Below are positions 25,272-37,200 of a stretch of DNA of 64,000 nt, piece after piece. Each line of letters starts with the position of its first letter. Position 1 is the stretch's first letter. Made by a program: the position numbers and the translations under genes. Under the pieces are notes generated by a model. The model did not search any database and had not been told where the DNA came from. It was given only the letters and a program-made list of their open reading frames with translations. The DNA is from Eledone cirrhosa (lineage: Eukaryota): assembly GCA_964016885.1 (NCBI GenBank), contig OZ024740.1, forward strand, positions 23,436,001-23,500,000, read 5' to 3'.

Positions 25272-28200
25272 ATTGTTGTTGATCGTGATGCTGTTTGCTG
25301 TCATTGTTGTTGGTGTTGTTGTTAGTGTTGTTGGTCGTGATGCTGTTTGCTGTCATTGTTGTTGGTGTTGTTGTTAGTGTTGTTGGTCGTGATGCTGTTT
25401 GCTGTCATTGTTGTTGTTGTAAGTGTTGTTGATCGTGATGCTGTTTGCTGTCAATTTTGTTGGTGTTGTTGTAAATGTTGTTGATCGTGATGCTGTTTGC
25501 TGTCATTGTTGTTGGTGTTGTTGTTAGTGTTGTTGATCGTGATGCTGTTTGCTGTCAATTTTGTTGGTGTTGTTGTAAATGTTGTTGATCGTGATGCTGT
25601 TTGCTGTCATTGTTGTTGGTGTTGTTGTTAGTGTTGTTGATCGTGATGCTGTTTGCTGTCAATTTTGTTGGTGTTGTTGTAAATGTTGTTGGTCGTGATG
25701 CTGTTTGCTGTCAATTTTGTTGGTGTTGTTGTAAATGTTGTTGGTCGTGATGCTGTTTGCTGTCAATTTTGTTGGTGTTGTTGTAAGTGTTGTTGATCGT
25801 GATGCTGTTTGCTGTCATTGTTGTTGGTGTTGTTGTAAGTGTTGTTGATCGTGATGCTGTTTGCAGTCAATGTTGTTGGTGTTGTTGTTAGTGTTGTTGA
25901 TCGTGATGCTGTTTGCTGTCATTGTTGTTGGTGTTGTTGTTAGTGTTGTTGATCGTGATGCTGTTTGCTGTAATTGTTGTTGGTGTTGTTGTTAGTGTTG
26001 TTGGTCGTGATGCTGTTTGCTGTCAATGTTGTTGGTGTTGTTGTTAGTGTTGTTGATCGTGATGCTGTTTGCTGTCATTGTTGTTGGTGTTGTTGTTAGT
26101 GTTGTTGGTCGTGATGCTGTTTGCTGTCATTGTTGTTGGTGTTGTTGTTAGTGTTGTTGATCGTGATGCTGTTTGCTGTCAATTTTGTTGGTGTTGTTGT
26201 AAGTGTTGTTGGTCGTGATGCTGTTTGCTGTCATTGTTGTTGGTGTTGTTGTTAGTGTTGTTGATCGTGATGCTGTTTGCTGTCAATTTTGTTGGTGTTG
26301 TTGTAAGTGTTGTTGGTCGTGATGCTGTTTGCTGTCATTGTTGTTGGTGTTGTTGTAAATGTTGTTGATCGTGATGCTGTTTGCTGTCATTGTTGTTGGT
26401 GTTGTTGTTAGTGTTGTTGGTCGTGATGCTGTTTGCTGTAATTGTTGTTGGTGTTGTTGTTAGTGTTGTTGATCGTGATGCTGTTTGCTGTCAATTTTGT
26501 TGGTGTTGTTGTTAGTGTTGTTGGTCGTGATGCTGTTTGCTGTAATTGTTGTTGGTGTTGTTGTTAGTGTTGTTGATCGTGATGCTGTTTGCTGTCAATT
26601 TTGTTGGTGTTGTTGTAAGTGTTGTTGGTCGTGATGCTGTTTGCTGTCATTGTTGTTGGTGTTGTTGTAAATGTTGTTGATCGTGATGCTGTTTGCTGTC
26701 ATTGTTGTTGGTGTTGTTGTTAGTGTTGTTGATCGTGATGCTGTTTGCTGTCAATTTTGTTGGTGTTGTTGTTAGTGTTGTTGGTCGTGATGCTGTTTGC
26801 TGTCAATTTTGTTGGTGTTGTTGTAAATGTTGTTGATCGTGATGCTGTTTGCTGTCATTGTTGTTGGTGTTGTTGTTAGTGTTGTTGATCGTGATGCTGT
26901 TTGCTGTCAATTTTGTTGGTGTTGTTGTTAGTGTTGTTGGTCGTGATGCTGTTTGCTGTCAATTTTGTTGGTGTTGTTGTAAATGTTGTTGGTCGTGATG
27001 CTGTTTGCTGTCAATTTTGTTGGTGTTGTTGTAAGTGTTGTTGATCGTGATGCTGTTTGCTGTCATTGTTGTTGGTGTTGTTGTAAGTGTTGTTGATCGT
27101 GATGCTGTTTGCTGTCAATGTTGTTGGTGTTGTTGTTAGTGTTGTTGATCGTGATGCTGTTTGCTGTCATTGTTGTTGGTGTTGTTGTTAGTGTTGTTGA
27201 TCGTGATGCTGTTTGCTGTAATTGTTGTTGGTGTTGTTGTTAGTGTTGTTGGTCGTGATGCTGTTTGCTGTCAATGTTGTTGGTGTTGTTGTTAGTGTTG
27301 TTGATCGTGATGCTGTTTGCTGTCATTGTTGTTGGTGTTGTTGTTAGTGTTGTTGATCGTGATGCTGTTTGCTGTAATTGTTGTTGGTGTTGTTGTTAGT
27401 GTTGTTGGTCGTGATGCTGTTTGCTGTCATTGTTGTTGGTGTTGTTGTAAGTGTTGTTGATCGTGATGCTGTTTGCTGTCATTGTTGTTGGTGTTGTTGT
27501 AAGTGTTGTTGATCGTGATGCTGTTTGCTGTCATTGTTGTCGGTGTTGTTGTTAGTGTTGTTGGTCGTGATGCTGTTTGCTGTCATTGTTGTTGGTGTTG
27601 TTGTTTGTGTTGTTGATCGTGATGCTGTTTGCTGTCATTGTTGTCGGTGTTGTTGTTAGTGTTGTTGATCGTGATGCTGTTTGCTGTCATTGTTGTCGGT
27701 GTTGTTGTTAGTGTTGTTGATCGTGATGCTGTTTGCTGTCATTGTTGTTGGTGTTGTTGTTAGTGTTGTTGATCGTGATGCTGTTTGCTGTCATTGTTGT
27801 CGGTGTTGTTGTTAGTGTTGTTGGCCGTGATGCTGTTTGCTGTAATTGTTGTTGGTGTTGTTGTTTGTGTTGTTGATCGTGATGCTGTTTGCTGTCATTG
27901 TTGTTGGTGTTGTTGTAAGTGTTGTTGATCGTGATGCTGTTTGCTGTCATTGTTGTTGGTGTTGTTGTAAGTGTTGTTGATCGTGATGCTGTTTGCTGTC
28001 ATTGTTGTTGGTGTTGTTGTTAGTGTTGTTGATCGTGATGCTGTTTGCTGTCATTGTTGTCGGTGTTGTTGTTAGTGTTGTTGGCCGTGATGCTGTTTGC
28101 TGTCAATGTTGTTGGTGTTGTTGTTAGTGTTGTTGATCGTGATGCTGTTTGCTGTCATTGTTGTTGGTGTTGTTGTTAGTGTTGTTGATCGTGATGCTGT

Positions 28201-31200
28201 TTGCTGTAATTGTTGTTGGTGTTGTTGTTAGTGTTGTTGGTCGTGATGCTGTTTGCTGTCATTGTTGTTGGTGTTGTTGTTAGTGTTGTTGATCGTGATG
28301 CTGTTTGCTGTCAATGTTGTTGGTGTTGTTGTTAGTGTTGTTGGTCGTGATGCTGTTTGCTGTCATTGTTGTTGGTGTTGTTGTTAGTGTTGTTGATCGT
28401 GTTGCTGTTTGCTGTCAATGTTGTTGGTGTTGTTGTTAGTGTTGTTGGTCGTGATGCTGTTTGCTGTCATTGTTGTTGGTGTTGTTGTTAGTGTTGTTGA
28501 TCGTGATGCTGTTTGCTGTCATTGTTGTTGGTGTTGTTGTTAGTGTTGTTGATCGTGATGCTGTTTGCTGTCATTGTTGTTGGTGTTGTTGTTAGTGTTG
28601 TTGGTCGTGATGCTGTTTGCTGTCATTGTTGTTGGTGTTGTTGTTAGTGTTGTTGATCGTGTTGCTGTTTGCTGTCAATGTTGTTGGTGTTGTTGTTAGT
28701 GTTGTTGGTCGTGATGCTGTTTGCTGTCATTGTTGTTGGTGTTGTTGTTAGTGTTGTTGATCGTGATGCTGTTTGCTGTCATTGTTGTTGGTGTTGTTGT
28801 TAGTGTTGTTGATCGTGATGCTGTTTGCTGTCATTGTTGTTGGTGTTGTTGTTAGTGTTGTTGATCGTGATGCTGTTTGCTGTCATTGTTGTTGGTGTTG
28901 TTGTTAGTGTTGTTGATCGTGATGCTGTTTGCTGTCATTGTTGTTGGTGTTGTTGTTAGTGTTGTTGGTCGTGATGCTGTTTGCTGTCAATGTTATTGGT
29001 GTTGTTGTTAGTGTTGTTGGTCGTGTTGCTGTTTGCTGTCATTGTTGTTGGTGTTGTTGTTAGTGTTGTTGATCGTGATGCTGTTTGCTGTCATTGTTGT
29101 TGGTGTTGTTGTTAGTGTTGTTGATCGTGATGCTGTTTGCTGTCATTGTTGTTGGTGTTGTTGTTAGTGTTGTTGATCGTGATGCTGTTTGCTGTCATTG
29201 TTGTTGGTGTTGTTGTTAGTGTTGTTGATCGTGATGCTGTTTGCTGTCATTGTTGTTGGTGTTGTTGTTAGTGTTGTTGGTCGTGATGCTGTTTGCTGTC
29301 AATGTTGTTGGTGTTGTTGTTAGTGTTGTTGGTCGTGATGCTGTTTGCTGTCATTGTTGTTGGTGTTGTTGTTAGTGTTGTTGGTCGTGATGCTGTTTGC
29401 TGTCAATGTTGTTGGTGTTGTTGTTAGTGTTGTTGGTCGTGATGCTGTTTGCTGTCATTGTTGTTGGTGTTGTTGTTAGTGTTGTTGGTCGTGATGCTGT
29501 TTGCTGTCAATGTTGTTGGTGTTGTTGTTAGTGTTGTTGATCGTGATGCTGTTTGCTGTCATTGTTGTTGGTGTTGTTGTTAGTGTTGTTGATCGTGATG
29601 CTGTTTGCTGTCAATGTTGTTGGTGTTGTTGTAAGTGTTGTTGGTCGTGATGCTGTTTGCTGTCATTGTTGTTGGTGTTGTTGTAAGTGTTGTTGGTCGT
29701 GATGCTGTTTGCTGTCATTGTTGTTGGTGTTGTTGTAAGTGTTGTTGGTCGTGATGCTGTTTGCTGTCATTGTTGTTGGTGTTGTTGTTAGTGTTGTTGA
29801 TCGTGATGCTGTTTGCTGTCAATGTTGTTGGTGTTGTTGTTAGTGTTGTTGGTCGTGATGCTGTTTGCTGTCATTGTTGTTGGTGTTGTTGTTAGTGTTG
29901 TTGGTCGTGATGCTGTTTGCTGTCAATGTTGTTGGTGTTGTTGTTAGTGTTGTTGGTCGTGATGCTGCTTGCTGTCATTGTTGTTGGTGTTGTTGTAAGT
30001 GTTGTTGGTCGTGATGCTGTTTGCTGTCATTGTTGTTGGTGTTGTTGTAAGTGTTGTTGGTCGTGATGCTGTTTGCTGTCATTGTTGTTGGTGTTGTTGT
30101 TAGTGTTGTTGATCGTGATGCTGTTTGCTGTCAATGTTGTTGGTGTTGTTGTTAGTGTTGTTGGTCGTGATGCTCTTTGCTGTCATTGTTGTTGGTGTTG
30201 TTGTTAGTGTTGTTGGTCGTGATGCTGTTTGCTGTCAATGTTGTTGGTGTTGTTGTTAGTGTTGTTGGTCGTGATGCTGCTTGCTGTCATTGTTGTTGGT
30301 GTTGTTGTAAGTGTTGTTGGTCGTGATGCTGTTTGCTGTCATTGTTGTTGGTGTTGTTGTAAGTGTTGTTGGTCGTGATGCTGTTTGCTGTCATTGTTGT
30401 TGGTGTTGTTATTAGTGTTGTTGTTCGTGATGCTGTTTGCTGTCGATGTTGTTGGTGTTGTTGTTAGTGTTGTTGGTCGTGATGGTGTTTGCTGTCAATG
30501 TTGTTGGTGTTGTTGTTAGTGTTGTTGGTCGTGATGCTGTTTGCTGTCAATGTTGTTGGTGTTGTTGTTAGTGTTGTTGGTCGTGATGCTGCTTGCTGTC
30601 ATTGTTGTTGGTGTTGTTGTAAGTGTTGTTGGTCGTGATGCTGTTTGCTGTCATTGTTGTTGGTGTTGTTGTAAGTGTTGTTGGTCGTGATGCTGTTTGC
30701 TGTCATTGTTGTTGGTGTTGTTGTTAGTGTTGTTGGTCGTGATGCTGTTTGCTGTCATTGTTGTTGGTGTTGTTGTTAGTGTTGTTGGTCGTGATGCTGT
30801 TTGCTGTCGATGTTGTTGGTGTTGTTGTTAGTGTTGTTGGTCGTGATGCTGTTTGCTGTCATTGTTGTTGGTGTTGTTGTTAGTGTTGTTGTTCGTGATG
30901 CTGTTTGCTGTCGATGTTGTTGGTGTTGTTGTTAGTGTTGTTGGTCGTGATGCTGTTTGCTGTCATTGTTGTTGGTGTTGTTGTTAGTGTTGTTGGTCGT
31001 GATGCTGTTTGCTGTCATTGTTGTTGGTGTTGTTGTTAGTGTTGTTGGTCGTGATGCTGTTTGCTGTCGATGTTGTTGGTGTTGTTGTTAGTGTTGTTGG
31101 TCGTGATGCTGTTTGCTGTCATTGTTGTTGGTGTTGTTGTTAGTGTTGTTGTTCGTGCTGCTGTTTGCTGTCGATGTTGTTGGTATTGTTGTTAGTGTTT

Positions 31201-34200
31201 TTGGTCGTGATGCTGTTTGCTGTCATTGTTGTTGGTGTTGTTGTTAGTGTTGTTGGTCGTGATGCTGTTTGCTGTCATTGTTGTTGGTGTTGTTGTTAGT
31301 GTTGTTGGTCGTGATGCTGTTTGCTGTCGATGTTGTTGGTGTTGTTGTTAGTGTTGTTGGTCGTGATGCTGTTTGCTGTCATTGTTGTTGGTGTTGTTGT
31401 TAGTGTTGTTGTTCGTGATGCTGTTTGCTGTCGATGTTGTTGGTGTTGTTGTTAGTGTTGTTGGTCGTGATGCTGTTTGCTGTCATTGTTGTTGGTGTTG
31501 TTGTTAGTGTTGTTGTTCGTGATGCTGTTTGCTGTCGATGTTGTTGGTGTTGTTGTTAGTGTTGTTGGTCGTGATGCTGTTTGCTGTCATTGTTGTTGGT
31601 GTTCTTGTTTGTGTTGTTGATCGAGATGCTGTTTGCTGTCAATGTTGTTGGTGTTGTTGTTAGTGTTGTTGGTCGTGATGCTGTTTGCTGTCAATGTTGT
31701 TGGTGTTGTTGTTAGTGTTGTTGATCGTGATGCTGTTTGCTGTCAATGTTGTTGGTGTTGTTGTTAGTGTTGTAGATCGTGATGCTGTTTGCTGTCAATG
31801 TTGTTGGTGTTGTTGTTAGTGTTGTAGATCGTGATGCTGTTTGCTGTCAATGTTGTTGGTGTTGTTGTTAGTGTTGTTGATCGTGATGCTGTTTGCTGTC
31901 AATGTTGTTGGTGTTGTTGTTAGTGTTGTAGATCGTGATGCTGTTTGCTGTCAATGTTGTTGGTGTTGTTGTAAATGTTGTTGATCGTGATGCTGTTTGC
32001 TGTCAATGTTGTTGGTGTTGTTGTTAGTGTTGTAGATCGTGATGCTGTTTGCTGTCAATGTTGTTGGTGCTGTTGTTAGTGTTGTAGATCGTGATGCTGT
32101 TTGCTGTCAATGTTGTTGGTGTTGTTGTTAGTGTTGTTGGTCGTGATGCTGTTTGCTGTCATTGTTGTTGGTGTTGTTGTTAGTGTTGTTGGTCGTGATG
32201 CTGTTTGCTGTCAATGTTGTTGGTGTTGTTGTTAGTGTTGTTGGTCGTGATGCTGTTTGCTGTCAATGTTGTTGGTGTTGTTGTTAGTGTTGTAGATCGT
32301 GATGCTGTTTGCTGTCAATGTTGTTGGTGTTGTTGTTAGTGTTGTTGATCGTGATGCTGTTTGCTGTCAATGTTGTTGGTGTTGTTGTTAGTGTTGTAGA
32401 TCGTGATGCTGTTTGCTGTCAATGTTGTTGGTGTTGTTGTTAGTGTTGTAGATCGTGATGCTGTTTGCTGTCAATGTTGTTGGTGTTGTTGTTAGTGTTG
32501 TTGGTCGTGATGCTGTTTGCTGTCATTGTTGTTGGTGTTGTTGTTAGTGTTGTTGGTCGTGATGCTGTTTGCTGTCAATGTTGTTGGTGTTGTTGTTAGT
32601 GTTGTAGATCGTGATGCTGTTTGCTGTCAATGTTGTTGGTGTTGTTGTTAGTGTTGTAGATCGTGATGCTGTTTGCTGTCAATGTTGTTGGTGTTGTTGT
32701 TAGTGTTGTTGGTCGTGATGCTGTTTGCTGTCATTGTTGTTGGTGTTGTTGTTAGTGTTGTTGGTCGTGATGCTGTTTGCTGTCAATGTTGTTGGTGTTG
32801 TTGTTAGTGTTGTTGATCGTGATGCTGTTTGCTGTCAATGTTGTTGGTGTTGTTGTTAGTGTTGTAGATCGTGATGCTGTTTGCTGTCAATGTTGTTGGT
32901 GTTGTTGTTAGTGTTGTAGATCGTGATGCTGTTTGCTGTCAATGTTGTTGGTGTTGTTGTTAGTGTTGTAGATCGTGATGCTGTTTGCTGTCAATGTTGT
33001 TGGTGTTGTTGTTAGTGTTGTTGGTCGTGATGCTGTTTGCTGTCAATGTTGTTGGTGTTGTTGTTAGTGTTGTTGATCGTGATGCTGTTTGCTGTCAATG
33101 TTGTTGGTGTTGTTGTTAGTGTTGTTGATCGTGATGCTGTTTGCTGTCATTGTTGTTGGTGTTGTTGTTAGTGTTGTTGGTCGTGATGCTGTTTGCTGCC
33201 AATGTTGTTGGTGTTGTTGTTAGTGTTGTTGGTCGTGATGCTGTTTGCTGTCAATGTTGTTGGTGTTGTTGTTAGTGTTGTTGGTCGTGATGCTGTTTGC
33301 TGTCAATGTTGTTGGTGTTGTTGTTAGTGTTGTTGATCGTGATGCTGTTTGCTGTCAATGTTGTTGGTGTTGTTGTTAGTGTTGTTGGTCGTGATGCTGT
33401 TTGCTGTCAATGTTGTTGGTGTTGTTGTTAGTGTTGTTGGTCGTGATGCTGTTTGCTGTCAATGTTGTTGGTGTTGTTGTTAGTGTTGTTGGTCGTGATG
33501 CTGTTTGCTGTCATTGTTGTTGGTGTTGTTGTTAGTGTTGTTGGTCGTGATGCTGTTTGCTGTCAATGTTGTTGGTGTTGTTGTTAGTGTTGTTGGTCGT
33601 GATGCAGTTTGCTGTCATTGTTGTTGGTGTTGTTGTTAGTGTTGTTGAGCGTGATGCTGTTTGCTGTCATTGTTGTTGGTGTTGTTGTTAGTGTTGTTGA
33701 TCGTGACGCTGTTTGCTGTCAATGTTGTTGGTGTTGTTGTTAGTGTTGTTGATCGTGATGCTGTTTGCTGTCATTGTTGTTGGTGTTGTTGTTAGTGTTG
33801 TTGATCGTGATGCTGTTTGCTGTCAATGTTGTTGGTGTTGTTGTTAGTGTTGTTGATCGTGATGCTGTTTGCTGTCATTGTTGTTGGTGTTGTTGTTAGT
33901 GTTGTTGATCGTGATGCTGTTTGCTGTCAATGTTGTTGGTGTTGTTGTTAGTGTTGTTGAGCGTGATGCTGTTTGCTGTCAATGTTGTTGGTGTTGTTGT
34001 TAGTGTTGTTGATCGTGATGCTATTTGCTGTCAATGTTGTTGGTGTTGTTGTTAGTGTTGTTGATCGTGATGCTGTTTGCTGTCATTGTTGTTGGTGTTG
34101 TTGTTAGTGTTGTTGAGCGTGATGCTGTTTGCTGTCATTGTTGTTGGTGTTGTTGTTAGTGTTGTAGATCTTGATGCTGTTTGCTGTCAATGTTGTTGGT

Positions 34201-37200
34201 GTTGTTGTTAGTGTTGTTGGTCGTGATGCTGTTTGCTGTCATTGTTGTTGGTGTTGTTGTTAGTGTTGTTGGTCGTGATGCTGTTTGCTGTCAATGTTGT
34301 TGGTGTTGTTGTTAGTGTTGTTGGTCGTGATGATGTTTGATGTCATTGTTGTTGGTGTTGCTGTTAGTGTTGTTGATCGTGATGCTGTTTGCTGTCATTG
34401 TTGTTGGTGTTGTTGTTAGTGTTGTTGATCGTGATGCTGTTTGCTGTCATTGTTGTTGGTGTTGTTGTTAGTGTTGTTGGTCGTGATGCTGTTTGCTGTC
34501 AATGTTATTGGTGTTGTTGTTAGTGTTGTTGATCGTGATGCTCTTTGCTGTCAATTTTGTTGGTGTTGTTGTTAGTGTTGTTGGTCGTGATGCTGTTTGC
34601 TGTCATTGTTGTTGGTGTTGTTGTTAGTGTTGTTGATCGTGATGCTGTTTGCTGTCATTGTTGTTGGTGTTGCTGTTAGTGTTGTAGATCTTGATGCTGT
34701 TTGCTGTCAATGTTGTTGGTGTTGTTGTTAGTGTTGTAGATCTTGATGCTGTTTGCTGTCAATGTTGTTGGTGTTGTTGTTAGTGTTGTTGATCGTGATG
34801 CTGTTTGCTGTCATTGTTGTTGGTGTTGTTGTTAGTGTTGTTGATCGTGATGCTGTTTGCTGTCATTGTTGTTGGTGTTGTTGTTAGTGTTGTTGGTCGT
34901 GATGCTGTTTGCTGTCATTGTTGTTGGTGTTGTTGTTAGTGTTGTTGGTCGGGATGCTGTTTGCTGTCAATGTTGTTGGTGTTGTTGTTAGTGTTGTTGG
35001 TCGGGATGCTGTTTGCTGTCATTGTTGTTGGTGTTGTTGTTAGTGTTGTTGGTCGGGATGCTGTTTGCTGTCATTGTTGTTGGTGTTGTTGTTAGTGTTG
35101 TTGGTCGGGATGCTGTTTGCTGTCAATGTTGTTGGTGTTGTTGTTAGTGTTGTTGGTCGTGATGCTGTTTGCTGTCAATGTTGTTGGTGTTGTTGTTAGT
35201 GTTGTTGGACGTGATGCTGTTTGCTGTCATTGTTGTTGGTGTTGTTGTTAGTGTTGTTGGTCGGGATGCTGTTTGCTGTCAATGTTGTTGGTGTTGTTGT
35301 TAGTGTTGTTGGTCGGGATGCTGTTTGCTGTCATTGTTGTTGGTGTTGTTGTTAGTGTTGTTGGTCGTGATGCTGTTTGCTGTCATTGTTGTTGGTGTTG
35401 TTGTTAGTGTTGTTGGTCGTGTTGCTGTTTGCTGTCATTGTTGTTGGTGTTGTTAGTGTTGTAGATCTTGATGCTGTTTGCTGTCAATGTTGTTGGTGTT
35501 GTTGTTAGTGTTGTTGTTCGTGATGCTGTTTGCTGTCATTGTTGTTGGTGTTGTTGTTAGTGTTGTAGATCTTGATGCTGTTTGCTGTCAATGTTGTTGG
35601 TGTTGTTGTTAGTGTTGTTGTTCGTGATGCTGTTTGCTGTCATTGTTGTTGGTGTTGTTGTTAGTGTTGTAGATCTTGATGCTGTTTGCTGTCAATGTTG
35701 TTGGTGTTGTTGTTAGTGTTGTTGGTCGTGATGCTGTTTGCTGTCATTGTTGTTGGTGTTGTTGTTAGTGTTGTTGGTCGTGATGCTGTTTGCTGTCAAT
35801 GTTGTTGGTGTTGTTGTTAGTGTTGTTGGTCGTGATGATGTTTGATGTCATTGTTGTTGGTGTTGCTGTTAGTGTTGTTGATCGTGATGCTGTTTGCTGT
35901 CATTGTTGTTGGTGTTGTTGTTAGTGTTGTTGATCGTGATGCTGTTTGCTGTCATTGTTGTTGGTGTTGTTGTTAGTGTTGTTGGTCGTGATGCTGTTTG
36001 CTGTCAATGTTATTGGTGTTGTTGTTAGTGTTGTTGATCGTGATGCTCTTTGCTGTCAATTTTGTTGGTGTTGTTGTTAGTGTTGTTGGTCGTGATGCTG
36101 TTTGCTGTCATTGTTGTTGGTGTTGTTGTTAGTGTTGTTGATCGTGATGCTGTTTGCTGTCATTGTTGTTGGTGTTGCTGTTAGTGTTGTAGATCTTGAT
36201 GCTGTTTGCTGTCAATGTTGTTGGTGTTGTTGTTAGTGTTGTAGATCTTGATGCTGTTTGCTGTCAATGTTGTTGGTGTTGTTGTTAGTGTTGTTGATCG
36301 TGATGCTGTTTGCTGTCATTGTTGTTGGTGTTGTTGTTAGTGTTGTTGATCGTGATGCTGTTTGCTGTCATTGTTGTTGGTGTTGTTGTTAGTGTTGTTG
36401 GTCGTGATGCTGTTTGCTGTCATTGTTGTTGGTGTTGTTGTTAGTGTTGTTGGTCGGGATGCTGTTTGCTGTCAATGTTGTTGGTGTTGTTGTTAGTGTT
36501 GTTGGTCGGGATGCTGTTTGCTGTCATTGTTGTTGGTGTTGTTGTTAGTGTTGTTGGTCGGGATGCTGTTTGCTGTCATTGTTGTTGGTGTTGTTGTTAG
36601 TGTTGTTGGTCGGGATGCTGTTTGCTGTCAATGTTGTTGGTGTTGTTGTTAGTGTTGTTGGTCGTGATGCTGTTTGCTGTCAATGTTGTTGGTGTTGTTG
36701 TTAGTGTTGTTGGTCGTGATGCTGTTTGCTGTCATTGTTGTTGGTGTTGTTGTTAGTGTTGTTGGTCGGGATGCTGTTTGCTGTCAATGTTGTTGGTGTT
36801 GTTGTTAGTGTTGTTGGTCGGGATGCTGTTTGCTGTCATTGTTGTTGGTGTTGTTGTTAGTGTTGTTGGTCGTGATGCTGTTTGCTGTCATTGTTGTTGG
36901 TGTTGTTGTTAGTGTTGTTGGTCGTGTTGCTGTTTGCTGTCATTGTTGTTGGTGTTGTTAGTGTTGTAGATCTTGATGCTGTTTGCTGTCAATGTTGTTG
37001 GTGTTGTTGTTAGTGTTGTTGTTCGTGATGCTGTTTGCTGTCATTGTTGTTGGTGTTGTTGTTAGTGTTGTAGATCTTGATGCTGTTTGCTGTCAATGTT
37101 GTTGGTGTTGTTGTTAGTGTTGTTGTTCGTGATGCTGTTTGCTGTCATTGTTGTTGGTGTTGTTGTTAGTGTTGTAGATCTTGATGCTGTTTGCTGTCAA

